A stretch of DNA of 64,000 bases from assembly GCA_016748015.1 (NCBI GenBank), contig JAAOMT010000128.1, positions 565,538 through 629,537 of the forward strand, in the 5' to 3' direction. The position numbers and the translations under genes are program-made. The number at the start of each line of letters is the position of its first letter. Within the stretch, counting starts at the first letter, position 1. This stretch comes from Geosiphon pyriformis uo1 (lineage: Eukaryota > Fungi > Glomeromycota). Below the pieces are notes generated by a model. That model saw only the letters and a list, made by a program, of their open reading frames with translations. It searched no databases and was not told the origin of the DNA. Shown one piece after another: positions 10,450 to 23,818 of this stretch.

Positions 10450-12332
10450 TTGGATATCTCAGATCAAATCCTGCATTAGTATCATGCACATGTTCTGGCA
10501 TGATACCTTTATTATTATCACTGAACCATTTTAGTTCTTGCTCCTTGATGAGGTCAGAGAGTACAATATATTGTTTGTAGTTTGAATTGGAGTTTGAATC
10601 TGAGTTGGAATTATTGTTATTGTTATAGCCATTTTAAATGGAGCTGGAACCATTATTTTTATTATCGTTGTTGTTGGAGTTTGAATTGGGATTGGAACTC
10701 GATTCCAATTCTGATGCACAGCTGTTGATTGGTTCTTTTTCTTTAGGGATTGTGTAAATCATGCATGGTGGTAGATTGTAGATGAGGTCACAATCATCAC
10801 AGAATTGGAAATCACATGGAATCAAACAGTGATTACATAATTGGGTGTTGATTTCTTCCAAGCACTGCTCTTGCTCTTCTCTCGTGGGTGCTAGATTCTG
10901 ATAGTGTTCATGGAATTTTTCTGGGCTGTTTTCTAAGTTGATAAAGGCATCCAATGTCTGTTGGTTCTGGAGGGTTATTTTTGATCTTCAAAATTTCACT
11001 GGGCAAAGCACTTTTTACTTTGGCATTGGCCATTCACCAGATCTCGTCCTTATCATGTGGATAGCCATCTAGGTGGAATATAGCTCAGTGCCATGCTGCT
11101 GTGATGGGCGTACCATGATTCACCCAGTTGCTAATGAGGATCGTGTATTGGCATGAAGCATCGCACATTCCTCTTTGACCAGAAATGTTGTTCCACATTC
11201 CTTCGTTGAGTAATTGTTCACTGTAAGTGAGACATGGTTTGTTGTCCCACTTGTCTTGTCTTTTTGGGTAGCCATATTATTTCCTATGGCAGGGCTTGCA
11301 ATAGTAATGGGTTTGCATCCAGTAGTCTTTGTCTGGCACTATCCAAGCTCTCATTGAGAACAGTTTCTTCCTACAGTCCTTGTATTTGAGAGATATATAT
11401 GGTGGCTCTTTTATTGGTTCATGTAAGTATTCCCTTTCCCAGCCACTAGTTATTTCTTCTGCAGTGGTGGTTTCTTCAGATATGTTTTCTTTCCTTCCTT
11501 TCTTTTTTTCCTTGTTCTTTTCTTCCCAATCTAGAATTGGTGGCATCTTGCTTTGGTTGTTGTTGATCCAAGTGTTAATGGTGGCTTCCCAGATAGGTTC
11601 TTCTCTTTGTTTCTCTTTTCTGTTGTCATTGTTGTCCCAGGCAAGTATTGGTGGCAGTTTGTTGTGATTGACGTCAGCCCATGAGACTTGGTATGCTTCC
11701 CAGGTGGGTTTCGTTTTTTCTTCTTCGAATTTAATAAGCAGTAGTGATGGCATGATGATAAGCTTGAAGTAGCCACACGTAGCTGGTACCTGTGTGTGTC
11801 AACTGTTCTGGCTAAGCTGGAGCTTTTGTGTGTTCTAATCTAGTGTTACATTGGTTTTGGACAGCCAGTTGTTCCCAACAAGTGCTTGGTATTGAGTGGC
11901 TTCCATGACAAGTACTTTGATTGGTACTATGATGCCATTGACTTCTATGGGGAAATCATTAATCTCTCTAATAGGTGTTTTGGTCACTCCATCAGCTGTA
12001 ATAATCTTGGTGCTGGCAGTGTGATCAACTTGGCAACCTAATTGATCCATGAATTGTTTTGTGATGATGCTGCCAGCTGATCTACTATCTAAGATCAGTT
12101 TGATGAAGTGACCATCAACTTTTACATCAGTGTACATTATGGTGATTGGTTTCTCTTCGAGTGCTGCTCCACTAAACAAAAGTGAATTGATGGTTTCTTT
12201 CAATTCAAAAAAAAAGATGGCTGCAAGAGATTCATTTTTGGTGATTATTGCTGATGAAATATTGTTGGTGAGTGTTGTTTGGGGTGGGTTGAATTCCGAG
12301 TTGTTGGTGATGACATCTTTTGGGGTAACCAA
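10450..12332 (-). pseudogene. B1 protease, Cys-rich domain and N-terminal dUTPase stub
   Basis: KLILDSRSAGSII; YYCKPCH; CNHCLIPCDFQFCDDC; HDTNAGFDLRYP (dUTPase motif 1), then a deletion. Confidence 0.85.
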
Positions 12333-12399
12333 GAGACTTAAATAGTTCTGGGAATTCGGTTTTTAGGTGAAACCAGTATCTAGATTTCGCTGTCGAGAG

Positions 12400-14531
12400 C
12401 CTGATAGTTGGTGAGAGGAGCTGGGGATTGGTTGATAAACAACCATTGCCGATCTCCAGTTTTGAATGATTCTAGGTCTTGGGTTTCTTGATGTTATTTG
12501 AGTGGAGTTTTGGAGTGGTGTTTAAATTGGTTGTTGGGACTAATAAATTATTTAGGGCTGCAGCTGATAAATTACCAGTGGCTGTGGTTGATAAATTGAA
12601 GGTTGATATACTGGCAGTTAATAGATTGGTTGCTGCGTCATCGGCAGGTAAGTGGTTTGATATTGGTCTTGATTTGGGTAGTGATTCTAAGTCTGAAATC
12701 TGCAATTGGGATTTTGATATTGATTTTCCGATCGTGAATTGTTGCTATAAAATTGACAGTCAGCTCTAATGTGATCTTGTTTACCACAGTTGTGGCAAAC
12801 ATGCATTTCTGGCTGTCACGGCTGATTGGGTAACGATAATGATGATAATGTTGATGGATGCAGCTGATTTTGGAAATGATTTGTGTTTTCTGAATTATTG
12901 CATTATTGTGGTGGTTGATAGATTGCACAATTGTCAACTAAGTATTTCTCTAGTTTCTGATTAATTGTATTACTGAATTGTTTTAGTTTGGAATCCAAGT
13001 CAGATGATCTGTTTATTACTAAATTTACAGCTTAGACATGGTTGGCTTCTAGCTTGGCTGCTTCAAAATCTTTGGCGTGGGTGATGGCAGTTGGGAGGTC
13101 AACTGGATGTATTGGATGTATTAGATGTACTCACTGATGAATACTACTGCACAATCCTCTGATGAACTGGTTCAAGATCTGTGGTGCTGTAAAGTAATCA
13201 GCTTAGATTGCCTGAATTTGGTGCAGATTTCTATGAAAACGTCCCAAGTAAGTGGTGACTGCTTCTGTATCCCCTTGTTTGATAGTGGTGAATGTGTTGG
13301 TCAAGCAATTAATACTATTGTTATTACTAAAGTATCTCAAGAATTCTGTTTTGAACTTATTGAAGATTTGTGGTTTGACAGCTAGACTCTGATACCATGA
13401 GTTGGCAGTATCTTTAAGAAAATAAGGGATCACTTAAAAGGCTCTACTGTTATTCCATCTGTTGGTTACTATGGCTTTTTTAATGTTATTGAGCCATATT
13501 TGGGCGTCGTTTTCTTCGCCAGTAAATTTGTCATGTTTTGCAATTGGTGCGTAGGCCATTGGATCTAAGTTGAGTTGTTGTGGTGGTAGTTGAAGTAGTT
13601 GTTGTTGCACAGATTGTTGAGGTGGTAATTAAAGTGGCGGTTGTAAGGGTTCAATTATTGAATTAATTGGTGGTTAATCAATGATGATTACTAGAAGTAA
13701 GTGTTGTTGATTTATTAAATTGGGGTTTCAATTATTCTGAGTTGGCGGTGTCTGAATATTCGGAGTTTCAATTTCCGGATTTTCTGAGTTTAAATTTTGC
13801 TGGGTTTGAAGATTTAGGGTTTCAAATTCCAGGTTTTTAGCGATTAGGTTCTGGTAAGTGAATTTTTAATCTTCAGCTTTTTTTTTTCTGATTCCATTAC
13901 TTTCTATGGATCAGAAATTCCGAAATCTGGGGGAGGCAGTGATAATCAAAGTCCTGATGGCGTTGATGATTGCAAGTTAAATCCTTCAAAATACGCACTG
14001 TATGGTCCTAATAACTCTGCTTTCCTTTGTTTACTTTGGAATAAGAATTATTCAAATGCTAATGTCATGTTTGATGTGGCCACACCAGTAGATGGTGCTT
14101 CTAGGTGTATAGTGATATAATGGATTAGTTGGGGACTCAACTCTTGTTTTCTTCTAAGTAGGTGGTTGTATTCTTTTGGGTATTACTGCTGGTGTTTGCA
14201 GTTTTCCTTTGCCTATGCTCATGTAAGTAATGAAGTATCTTTGCTGTGTATGGTGTTTAATTTTTTTGTTGATTTCAGTGATGATAGATGTGAAATTATG
14301 ATTTGTGGGTAGGCTGGTGTTTTGAATTAATTTATTGTAAAAAGTTTCTCTCGCTAATTCAATATTCATGGATGTTCCCAACAGATAAGCAGTCTTTTCA
14401 TTAATGTAGAAATTGAAAGCTGATTCTGCTGATATGTGATTATGAGTTAATCTCAAATATTGACAATAATGTTGAAATAAGGATTTCGCAAATCCTAGAT
14501 GGTTTGCTCCGATGTTTTCTGATTCTGCCAC
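12400..14531 (-). pseudogene. gag: B1 gag
   Basis: PIAKHDKFTGEE and IPYFLKDTANSWY capsid-like motifs, CHNCGKQDHIRADC knuckle near 12755-12800; lower boundary approximate. Confidence 0.8.
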
Positions 14532-14592
14532 TTTTGGATGGAGTTGTTGGTACTAGTTCTCTGTAAGATTAAACCTCACAGGGAGCACCAAA

Positions 14593-15447
14593 TATTACAG
14601 GCGACTACTTCTGGTGTTGGATTAAATAACAAACCCGTAACTTGGTGCTCAAATCTAGTTGCAGTTGATAGTGCTCTGAAGGTTTTGTATCTGAAAGTTT
14701 TGGTTTGAGTTTTTTGTATAATGAACAGAGATTCAATAGTTGTTTTATCCATAGCTTCCCAGAATCGCAATTCTGTCAATTTATTTCTTGGCATGATGGC
14801 CAGCAATCCTCTGGTAAGTATTCTGTATCTGCTGTACATGTCTTACCCTCTCACAGGGGTCTTTTACTAGGCAATCCTTGACATCAGTAATCTAGCACTT
14901 TATTCAACCAATTAGTGCACAACAATAAAATCAAAATAAAATAAATAAAAGAAATAAAAGAAAAATAAAGAAAGAAAAGAAATAAGCCAAGACAATTTGC
15001 AAATTAGTATTTCATCAATAGCCATGATCAAGAGCTATTGTTCCAGTATAGTTAAGTATCAATTACTATCAACATGAAGTGTTAATAGTGGCAGTGGGTT
15101 TGAAATAACAAACAGTTATTTATTTGTGGTTTGAAAAGTTGTCTAGATGAAATTTAAACTGAGAGGTCTGTCTTTTTAGCTTCTAATTCTACTGCTATAT
15201 ATACATAATTGAGATTTCTCAATTTCTCAATTCTTCACAACAGAAATCTTGGAATTTTTGGAATCCTGCAATTCCTTTGAGAGGAATCTTGGAATTCTGG
15301 AATCCTGCGATTCCTTGTAAGAATCCTGTAATTCCTGGAATCCTGCAATTCCTGAAAGAAATCCTGGAATTCCACATTTTACTATGTCTACTTCTGATTG
15401 GTTAATAACTATGCTAATATATATTCCCTATATTTCTATGAATAACA
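14593..15447 (-). repeat. B1 5' LTR
   Basis: Direct repeat of the 3' LTR with extra GGAATTCC/GGAATCC units. Confidence 0.93.
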
Positions 15448-15451
15448 ATGC

Positions 15452-18095
15452 ATCTCCAAAAAGTAAGAGTGCAAACCAACCAGAAAAAAACTCTTTTTTT
15501 GCTTTTAACTTAATTAATAATAACCATGATATGAATGAACTGGCAATTAATACCTCTGACTTAACAAGAAAGAAGAAAAAAGCCAAGATTAATTTCGTTT
15601 TAAATTCCAACAAAGCCTCAACTTTCACCACTGACAACAATAAGTCACTAAAGGCTAAGGTTTTTAAAAATCTTCCAAAGTTGGAACCTTCAGAAATAGT
15701 ACAAAAATCTAGCCCCTATTCTGTTATTAAAGATCTTATAGAAACCCTAGCACACATTACATTTGGCCAACTAATGATCCATCTACAGTTTAGAAAAGAT
15801 CTTTGCAAATCATTGATACCAAAGAAAAAAACACCAAAAACCAACAAGCATTCTTATCAAGCTGGACTTGCTGACAACAGCAATGTTATTCCTCTGATTT
15901 GCAAAGTCCAAGTGGCTGGCTACTTTATTGATTTGATTCTAAACAGTGGATCATCTGTTAGTGTAATTGCCAAACACTTTTTGAAAGCCATTGGAAGAAA
16001 GATTAATGAACTTTCCACTCGGCCTATGACCAATATACATAGTAACAAAAAGAAAGATCTGGGTATAGCCAAAGCTGTTCTTGTTCATATCAATAGTATC
16101 AGCATTGAAATAGACATGGAAGTATCTGAAGCAAAAGAATATACTATCATTGTTAATAATGAGTGGCTTAAAAAAGCCAAAGCATTACTTAATTATGAAC
16201 TTTGCAAGCTAACCATTAGATGTAGTGAAAAACCCATTGTGGTTAAATGCTGTCATTGGACAACTCTTTCAGTAACCAAACAGAACCAAAAAGAAGAACA
16301 ATCAGATGAATCAGATGATGATGAGAGTGATGATAAAAAAGATCAAGAAAAACAAAAAAAAACTGCTGAACTTGTCTATACCATTTTTACCAGCAATGGC
16401 AAACCACTGGACAATATTAAAGTAAATAAAAAAGAAATCATAGTAAATGGTAAGCTGATCTGCTGGCTCTACTATGATATCTTCAGAAGAACTTTTGACA
16501 GAAAGCCTGGCAAGAAAGCCAAATACAGTTATTGATGGCATGGTTCTTGTGCCAAATGCTGGTGTGATAAATCTTTGTATTCCCCTAATGATGAATACAA
16601 GTTCTGCTTAATCTATTACAAAAATTAAAAGCCAATTAGTTTGATACCCAGAAAAGAACTAAAAGAAGTACAGAAGTCTTTTGAAAATGAACCATCTGAA
16701 ATTCAATCACTAGATGTAGAACAAAGAGAACCTTCTTTTGAAGAAAGAAAAATAGACATTGAAAATCTGTTGGCTAAAAATAGCCCAGTTATTTCAAAAA
16801 AAGGCAACACCCCTGGACAAATCCATGTAATACAACACACCATCACCACCAAAGAAACTTGTCCCATCCATTTGAAGCCTTATCAATCCAATCAATACAA
16901 TGATGAGTTTATCAAAAAAGAAATAAACCAGATGAAAGATTTTAGATTCATACAAAAAACCAAGAGTAAATGGGCTTTCCTAGTTGTAATGGTATCCAAG
17001 AAAGGTGGAACTCTATGCTTCTGTGTTGACTACCACTAATTAAATGCCATCATTGTAAAAGACATGTACCTACTCCCCAAAATTGATGCAATGTTAGATA
17101 AATTCAATGGTGCTGCTTTTTTCTCAACCATTGATTTAACTGTTAGATTCTGACAAGTAAAAATGGATCCAGAAAGCAGAAAAAAAACTGCTTTCATTAC
17201 CAAGTATGGCACCTATAAATTCACAGTCATGTCTTTTGGTTTCACCAATACTCCTCCCACTTTTCAACACCTAATGGATAAAGTGTTTGAATCAGTAAAA
17301 AAAAACTTTATTCTGGTCTACTTAGATGACATAATGATCTATTCAAAAGTTTTTGATCTGCTCAGAAATGCTGGCCTTAAGATTAACCCAATCAAATCTT
17401 TCTTTGGATAACAATCCACCCAGTTCTTTGGTCATCTTATTACAAAAGATGCAATCTTCCTTGACCCAGCTAAAGTTGAAAAAGTTCAGAATATTAGACA
17501 ACCAATAAATGTTCTTAAACTATGTTTTTTCCTTGATTTGGCCTCTTATTATCACAAATTTATCAAAAATTTCTCCAAAATTGTTTTTCCTCTTAATTAG
17601 CTACTCAGGAAAAATGTTAATTATCACTGGAGTACTCATCAACAAAAAGCTTTTGAAATTCTGAAGGAAAAACTTGATACTAAACCAATTCTTAAGCAAC
17701 CTGATCTGGACCAACTTTTTATTCTTTACACTGATACATCTGGCTATAAACTTGGTGCTGTCTTTTCACAGAAAAATGAAAATGGCAGAGAACATGCCAT
17801 AGCATATACCAATAGATTCCTCACACCAGCAGAAAAGAACTATTCAGTTACTGAACAAGAATGCTTAACAGTAGTTTGGGCTACTAATTATTAAGATCAA
17901 TATCTTCTTGATACAAAATTCTTAGTGGTAACAGATCATCAAGCCTTGGTTTGGCTGTGCAATAAAAAAAAGCTAGAACACAAATGAATAACTTGCTGGA
18001 TACTCCACTTGAATGAATTTGACTATGATATTTAATACTGCAAAGAAACAAATCATTAAAATGCTGATACTCTCTTTAGACTTACCATCTAGTAA
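15452..18095 (+). pseudogene. pol: A2 pol (PR-RT-RNaseH)
   Basis: LILNSGSSVSVI, VYLDD, TDTSG; many stops. Confidence 0.9.
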
Positions 18096-18153
18096 TAGTA
18101 CAATCTTTCAAATCAAACAAACTTAATTATTAGTAACTGCTTTACAAACAAAC

Positions 18154-19473
18154 ATGATAATAGACTTGGACAACTACTCTGCCTTAATGGAATTTTTGGA
18201 TAAAAGACAATACTTACCAAAATACATTTAACAGCAAAGAAAACATTTGCACAAACAATCAAATTTCTATTTGATCTGCCAGAATTAATTATATAAAAAA
18301 AACAAAAAAAATCTTGACCACCTCCAAAGAGTCATTAGATTTGAAGAAAAAGAAATTGTAATATACAACATGCACACTGATCCATTAGCTGAACACTTTG
18401 GAAAAACAAAAATAATTCAAAAAACCTTAGCTTACTATTATTGGCCTATCTTGGGAAAAGACATTGCTGAATACATTAAAGCCTGTAATATCTGCCAAAG
18501 AAGAAGCAAACCCAATCACAAAGAAGATATTCATCCAATCTCTGTTGGTCAATTATTTGACAGAATTGGTATAGATGTTGTTAAACCTTTAACAATAACT
18601 CCTGATGGCAACAAATACATTATCACAGCTATTGACTATTTTACAAAGTGGGTAGAAACAAGAGCCACCCCAGATCAAACAGCAGTCTTAATAGCCAATT
18701 TTATTTACAAAGATATTATCTGCTATTATGACTGTTCCAAAGAATTTTTATCTGATAGAGAAAGAGCTTTTCTTAGTACACTGGTTGAAAAACTTTGTAG
18801 AAAAATGGGAATATGTCATAAACTTTTCTCTTCTTATCACTCCTAAACAAATGGCCTAGTGGAACATTTCAATAAAACACTATGTAAAATCTTAGACAAT
18901 ATCAGTGAAGAAACAAACATATGGAACAAAGTACTGCCTTCAGCTTTGTTTGCTTATAAAACTGTATATCATGATATAACAAGTTATAAACCTTTTTATC
19001 TGCTCTATGAATACATGACAACACTACTAATAGAAACTGACATTGAAACAATATTCTTTAAAGAAATCACAATAGAAAATTACAAAGCCATTTTGCAAAG
19101 AAGACTTGGTATTATTCTTGACTCCTTAGTAAAAACATGAATAATTGCTTTTGAAAAAATAAAACAGTTCTAAGAAAAGCTTAAGAAAAAGAAAACCTAT
19201 AAAACACTTTCTTTAAGTGTTGGTAACTTGGTATTGGAATACCATTCAGACAGAGACAATGTCTATAATAATAAATTCTCTAATCAGTGAAAAGGACTCT
19301 TTATAGTCAACAAAGTTTTGAACAATGGTTCTTATATTCTTCAAGATTAATCCAAAACAATCTTCAATAATCATTCTGTTTATAATACACGACTCAAAAA
19401 ATATCATAAATGACCTAATTGGCTGCCTATTGTGGTAATATCAACCCATATGATCAGCAAAAACCAAGTATAA
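18154..19473 (+). pseudogene. A2 integrase
   Basis: Own ATG (MIIDLDNY), HHCC finger, IGIDVV. Confidence 0.88.
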
Positions 19474-19514
19474 ATAAATGCACCATTCCCAAAACAGAGA
19501 TATCTTTAATCAAC

Positions 19515-20192
19515 ATGAACAATTATTTTCTGGATCAAAACATTCAAAATGTTTTCTATACTCTTCATGAGTATTGGATCAAAAACTATCCAAATGCTAC
19601 TCTGACCATTGGAAAACAAACCACCATAACTGATAATAGTGGAACACATACTGTTATCAGACCAAAGAAAACTATTACCAGAAGAGAAAAAATTGGTAGC
19701 AAAATGGATAAATATCTGTTGGAAAGTATAACAGCAGCTATACTTCTACCTTTCAGCATTATTGGAAAGACATTCCAAGAAATCTTATCTATAGACAAAA
19801 ACTTGTCATATAGAAGGCAATTAGAACTCTATGGTTACCTTAGTGAAATCATAGAGGATATGAAACTCATGAAAAAAACAACTTCAGAGATACAGGCAGA
19901 AATTTTGGATATTATATAATTAGATGTTCCAAGAGTTTTAACTATTTCTAGAAGAGCCAAAACTCTAATACAAAGATTTGGTCTTTTGAATACAAAACTC
20001 ATTTCACCTCAGGTATTATATACCCTATCCACAAAAGACTTTAACAAACTAGTTAGCTTTGAGTTAAATAAAACTCTTCAAATAGATTACATCATGAATA
20101 GCTTGATTTTGCTGAAGCTTAATCTCTTTGAAGAAAATAATATTATGGTTGAAACTTACTTCTTATTAAATATCACATGTATTAGCCACTGA
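19515..20192 (+). pseudogene. A2 ORF-X (internal stop)
   Basis: Homologous to 373-1029. Confidence 0.8.
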
Positions 20193-20769
20193 TGTCACAT
20201 AAATTAACCACTCTATTTTTAGAAAGTGATCATTAACCACTTTTGATAGCTATATAAACAATGAATTTCTTAGCTATAAAAAAGCATGTAGAAATCAAGA
20301 AAATAAAATAAATAAAATGACAACTTTCATCTCAATTATTCTCTTATTGCTAATTTTCCTTTCCCTATCTTTAAGTATCTGAACATCTTGGGATAAAAGA
20401 TTACTTCTTGGTTATTCCTTACCCTTTTCCTAAAATGTGTAATTGCAGTATTTGAAGATTATTGAATAAAATGTGACTGAAGAATACATCTGATATCTGA
20501 TATTAAATTCTAAGAGCACCAACATAAGGCATAGAATTATACCAGTATGTGATTATTTGTTGACAATACGGACTATTCTTCTACCTTCAGATTCCCTGGT
20601 TATCTTTGAAAAGTATAGTGACTGAAATATTTTATAAGACTTATTTTGCATATTGAATCTATACTTATTTAATTCGCTCTTTGAAGTTGAATTTCTTTTA
20701 ATTACTTTTATCACTCTACAATCTTGTTCTGTCTTACTATCCATTAGCTTGTTATTCCAACTTGTAACA
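20141..20769 (+). repeat. A2 3' LTR
   Basis: Follows PPT; TA(TG)TTATG..TGTAACA. Confidence 0.9.
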
Positions 20770-21416
20770 ATAGTAACTAATAAAGTTTCAACATAAAAGG
20801 GTTTCTCTATTATTGAAGCAGCTAGACAAAACATTTTAGCTATATTTCTTTTGAAAAATATTAGTGAAAAGCTGTCTTTTGTGGTTTTTGGTTCATTTTT
20901 TTCACTTTTGGCTAGTAGTTTTTCTTCAGTCAAAGTTCTTTTTAAAAAACACATTTAGGTTAGTCCTAGTGTTGTCTTTACTACTTCTAAAAGCCCAAAG
21001 ATTTTTAATAACAGACCAGTTAACAAGTTGGTTTTTCTTGCTCTTACTACTCTCACTACTATTACTACTACTACTGCTTTACATATAACTGCAAAAGCAA
21101 AAAATTCCAAAAAACAACAGCAGACAGTCACAACTGCTATGATCACACCAAACCTCTTTGTGGTTCTAGATGAGATCTTGGGTAAGATTTTTACAGCAGC
21201 AGCCAGCCTTTTTCTTAATATGGATGGCAACAGCAGCAGCACATCTCCCAAGATGGGCCAAGATCAACCACTAGCTATGTTGCCTAATGTGGTAATCTCT
21301 GGTAGATCATTGCCAATTCCAGAAGCAAAATAGTCTATTATTTCAGATGATTTTAAAGATTGGACTGATCAGATGGAAATAGAATCAACTGCTCCTCCCC
21401 CAGTTTTTGGTGCTGC

Positions 21417-23818
21417 TTTTTTTTTTTTGTTAATATGTAGCCACGCTGATTGTTTATTAGTTAAGTCCACAGTAATATGGTGGTTTCATAAAGCCAGCTT
21501 ACCCAATAATACAAAATCACAAGATGCAGCTAATTACAAGTGGAAAGTTTTAACTATATGCTAGTACTATCTTTGTTATCTAATGTATTGAACATATTAA
21601 ACTCATATATCTTACCCATAATGCTAACAAGCTCATGACTATTCTTAACCATACTACTTATTCACTTAGCAGTCTGATCAGAATTGGATTTGATACTAGG
21701 AGGCTGAACCTTCCACAGTTGTATTATCATATCAAAGGTGTCATTATAGACTGAAAAGTCTTTAACCTCATCATCATTATTATCTATATTATTATCATTA
21801 AAAACATCTTCTAAAGAGATCTGATTACATTTTTTTGTCAGGAACTTAATGTCTCAATTCAACATAAAAGCCACAGCAGCCACAGCTTTAATTTGTCTTT
21901 CCAAACTCACCATACTTTCTCTTAATATTATGTTTACAGCTGGTGGAGTAGATAGCAGTTTGGTAACCAGCACAACCAGAAAATTAACAAGTTCAATTAT
22001 AGACTTAACCAATAATGCTAACTCATTGAGATAAGATTCCATAGAAGCCAATCTGAATTCAACAACAGCAATTGGAACAGAGTATATGCCAGAAATCATG
22101 GGTACTACAACTTTGGAGGGTAAATCCAAAACAAGATCTATATCAACAGTAGCAGCAGCAAGAAAAACCACAAAGACAACAACTTTGGCATAAGACTTAG
22201 CTCCAGTGAACAAAAACTTGAAAACTTTGGGACCACCAGTAGAGTTAAGAACAGACTTGGAAGAAAGAGGTGGTAACACCTTGCAGTTTACAGCTAAATA
22301 ATCCAAATCTTGACACCTGTAGCAGCGACAGCATCTAGGAGTCTCCCACCAGATATGACAACCATGCAAAGTACTAGTTTTTAACACAGCATTGTCCAAG
22401 AATTCCAGAGAATTAAAGGTAACCACAGCAAAATGTTGACATTAGTATGAATTAAGAGATCAGGGAATGAAACAGGTTTGGCCACCAATCTGGAAAACTA
22501 AATCACTTATTTCAAAGACAGTACAGCCAAAGAAAAGATTAATCAACTTAGCTTTAAATGTATTTCTTGAAGCAATAACCTTTCTTTGGTTAACTACAGG
22601 AAAAATTCTGACACTATCTTTTTTGACCAGCACAGACCAGTGTTTAAAAGCCTCTGCAGTGAACCATAGCATATTGCCACAAGCCAGCTGGCTTCAACTT
22701 AACAGAAGTGACAACACCAAAAATGCCAAGAGCAGATTTGATGTCATTAAGAAAGGTACCCAAAAGAACATTGCGAAGTGCAACAAACAGAAGAGAAGAA
22801 GATACAGAGGCCACACCAGAAAACTGTGCAATCTTAAGAGTAGTCAGAAAAACTTTATTACCAATGGCCACTTTGATGGCACCATTTAAACTCTCCTGAA
22901 ATGCAAATTCCACACAGAACAACTTGACAGCATCTCATAAAACTAACTTAAGCCCAATACAACCAGACAGCAGCTGAAACAAGGAACTAAGCAAGACCAT
23001 TTTGATCTTAAATGTACTACCAGGCACAAGATTGGAGGCCATCCAACCAGAGAATCTTTGACAACCATTCACATTCTCCCAAGCACCACTATTAGCAGTG
23101 CCAGAAACTGGAGGAGGAGCAGTTGATTCTATTTCCATCTGATCAGCCCAATCTTTAAGATTATCTGAAGTGATAGACTGTTTTGCTACTATGACAGGTA
23201 AAGATCTGCTGGAGAGTACCACATCAGACAACACAGCTTGTGGTTAATCTTTTTTTATCTTGTGAGATGTGCTATTGCTGTTACCATTCATATTAGAAAG
23301 AAGGCTGACTGCTGCTGTGTAAATTTTTTTCAAGATCTCATCTGAAACTACAAAGGGGTTCAGTGTTACCATAGCAGTTGTGACTACCTGCTGCTGTTTT
23401 TTGGAATTTTTGGCTTTTGTGGCCATTTGTGAAGCAGTAGCAGTAGTAGAAATAGTAGTAGTGGTAAGAACAGAAAAGACCAACTTGTTAACTGGTCTGT
23501 TATTAAAAATCTTTGGGCTTTTTGAAGTGGTAAAAACAATACTGAGACTAACCCAAGTGTGCCTTTTTGAAAGAACTTTGACTGGAGAAGAACTTCTAGC
23601 TAAAGGAGAAGAAAATGAATCAAAAGCTGCTAAAAGCAGCTTTTCACTAGTGTTTTTTAAAGAAAATGTAGCCAGAATGTTTTGTCTAGTTGCTTCAATA
23701 ACAGAGAGACCTTCTCATGTTAAAACTTTATTAGTTACAATAGGAAAAGTAATGTTTGCAACTTTTTTACTCTTAGCTTTAGTCATAGTCATAAAATTTA
23801 GGAGAGAAAGAGGTTTTT
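21417..23818 (-). mobile_element. Family D copy D2: 2.4-kb non-LTR retroposon encoding only ORF1
   Basis: 14-bp TSD GTTTTTGGTGCTGC (21403-21416 / 23819-23832), A12 tail 21417-21428, AATAAA at 21453-21458. Confidence 0.9.
21554..23792 (-). pseudogene. LINE ORF1-like protein (~745 aa: S/T-rich N-terminus, RRM-like segments, CCHC knuckle, coiled coil)
   Basis: DIKSALGIFGVVTSVKLKPAGLWQYA; CYRCQDLDYLAVNC (H retained in D1); heptad-like RLASMESYLNELALLV. Confidence 0.75.

Larger units (their letters stand above)
9409..15447 (-). mobile_element. Family B copy B1: non-autonomous LTR element (gag, PR, Cys-rich domain, dUTPase stub; no RT/RH/IN)
   Basis: LTRs 9409-10188 and 14593-15447, 4-bp TSD ATGC (9405-9408 / 15448-15451), PBS 14574-14590, PPT next to 10188. 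Confidence 0.93.
7235..20769 (+). mobile_element. Family A copy A2, interrupted by B1
   Basis: 5' LTR 7235-7817, PBS 7824-7840, gag, pol, IN, ORF-X, 3' LTR 20141-20769 ending TGTAACA. Confidence 0.93.

Noticed and set aside
14574-14590. tRNA gene fragment
   Set aside because: Only the 17-nt 3'-end complement including CCA, adjacent to an LTR; it is a PBS
15384-16535. 383-aa ORF as a real gene
   Set aside because: Chance fusion of an antisense ATG in the B1 LTR to the A2 protease frame; the catalytic Asp is mutated (LILNSG)
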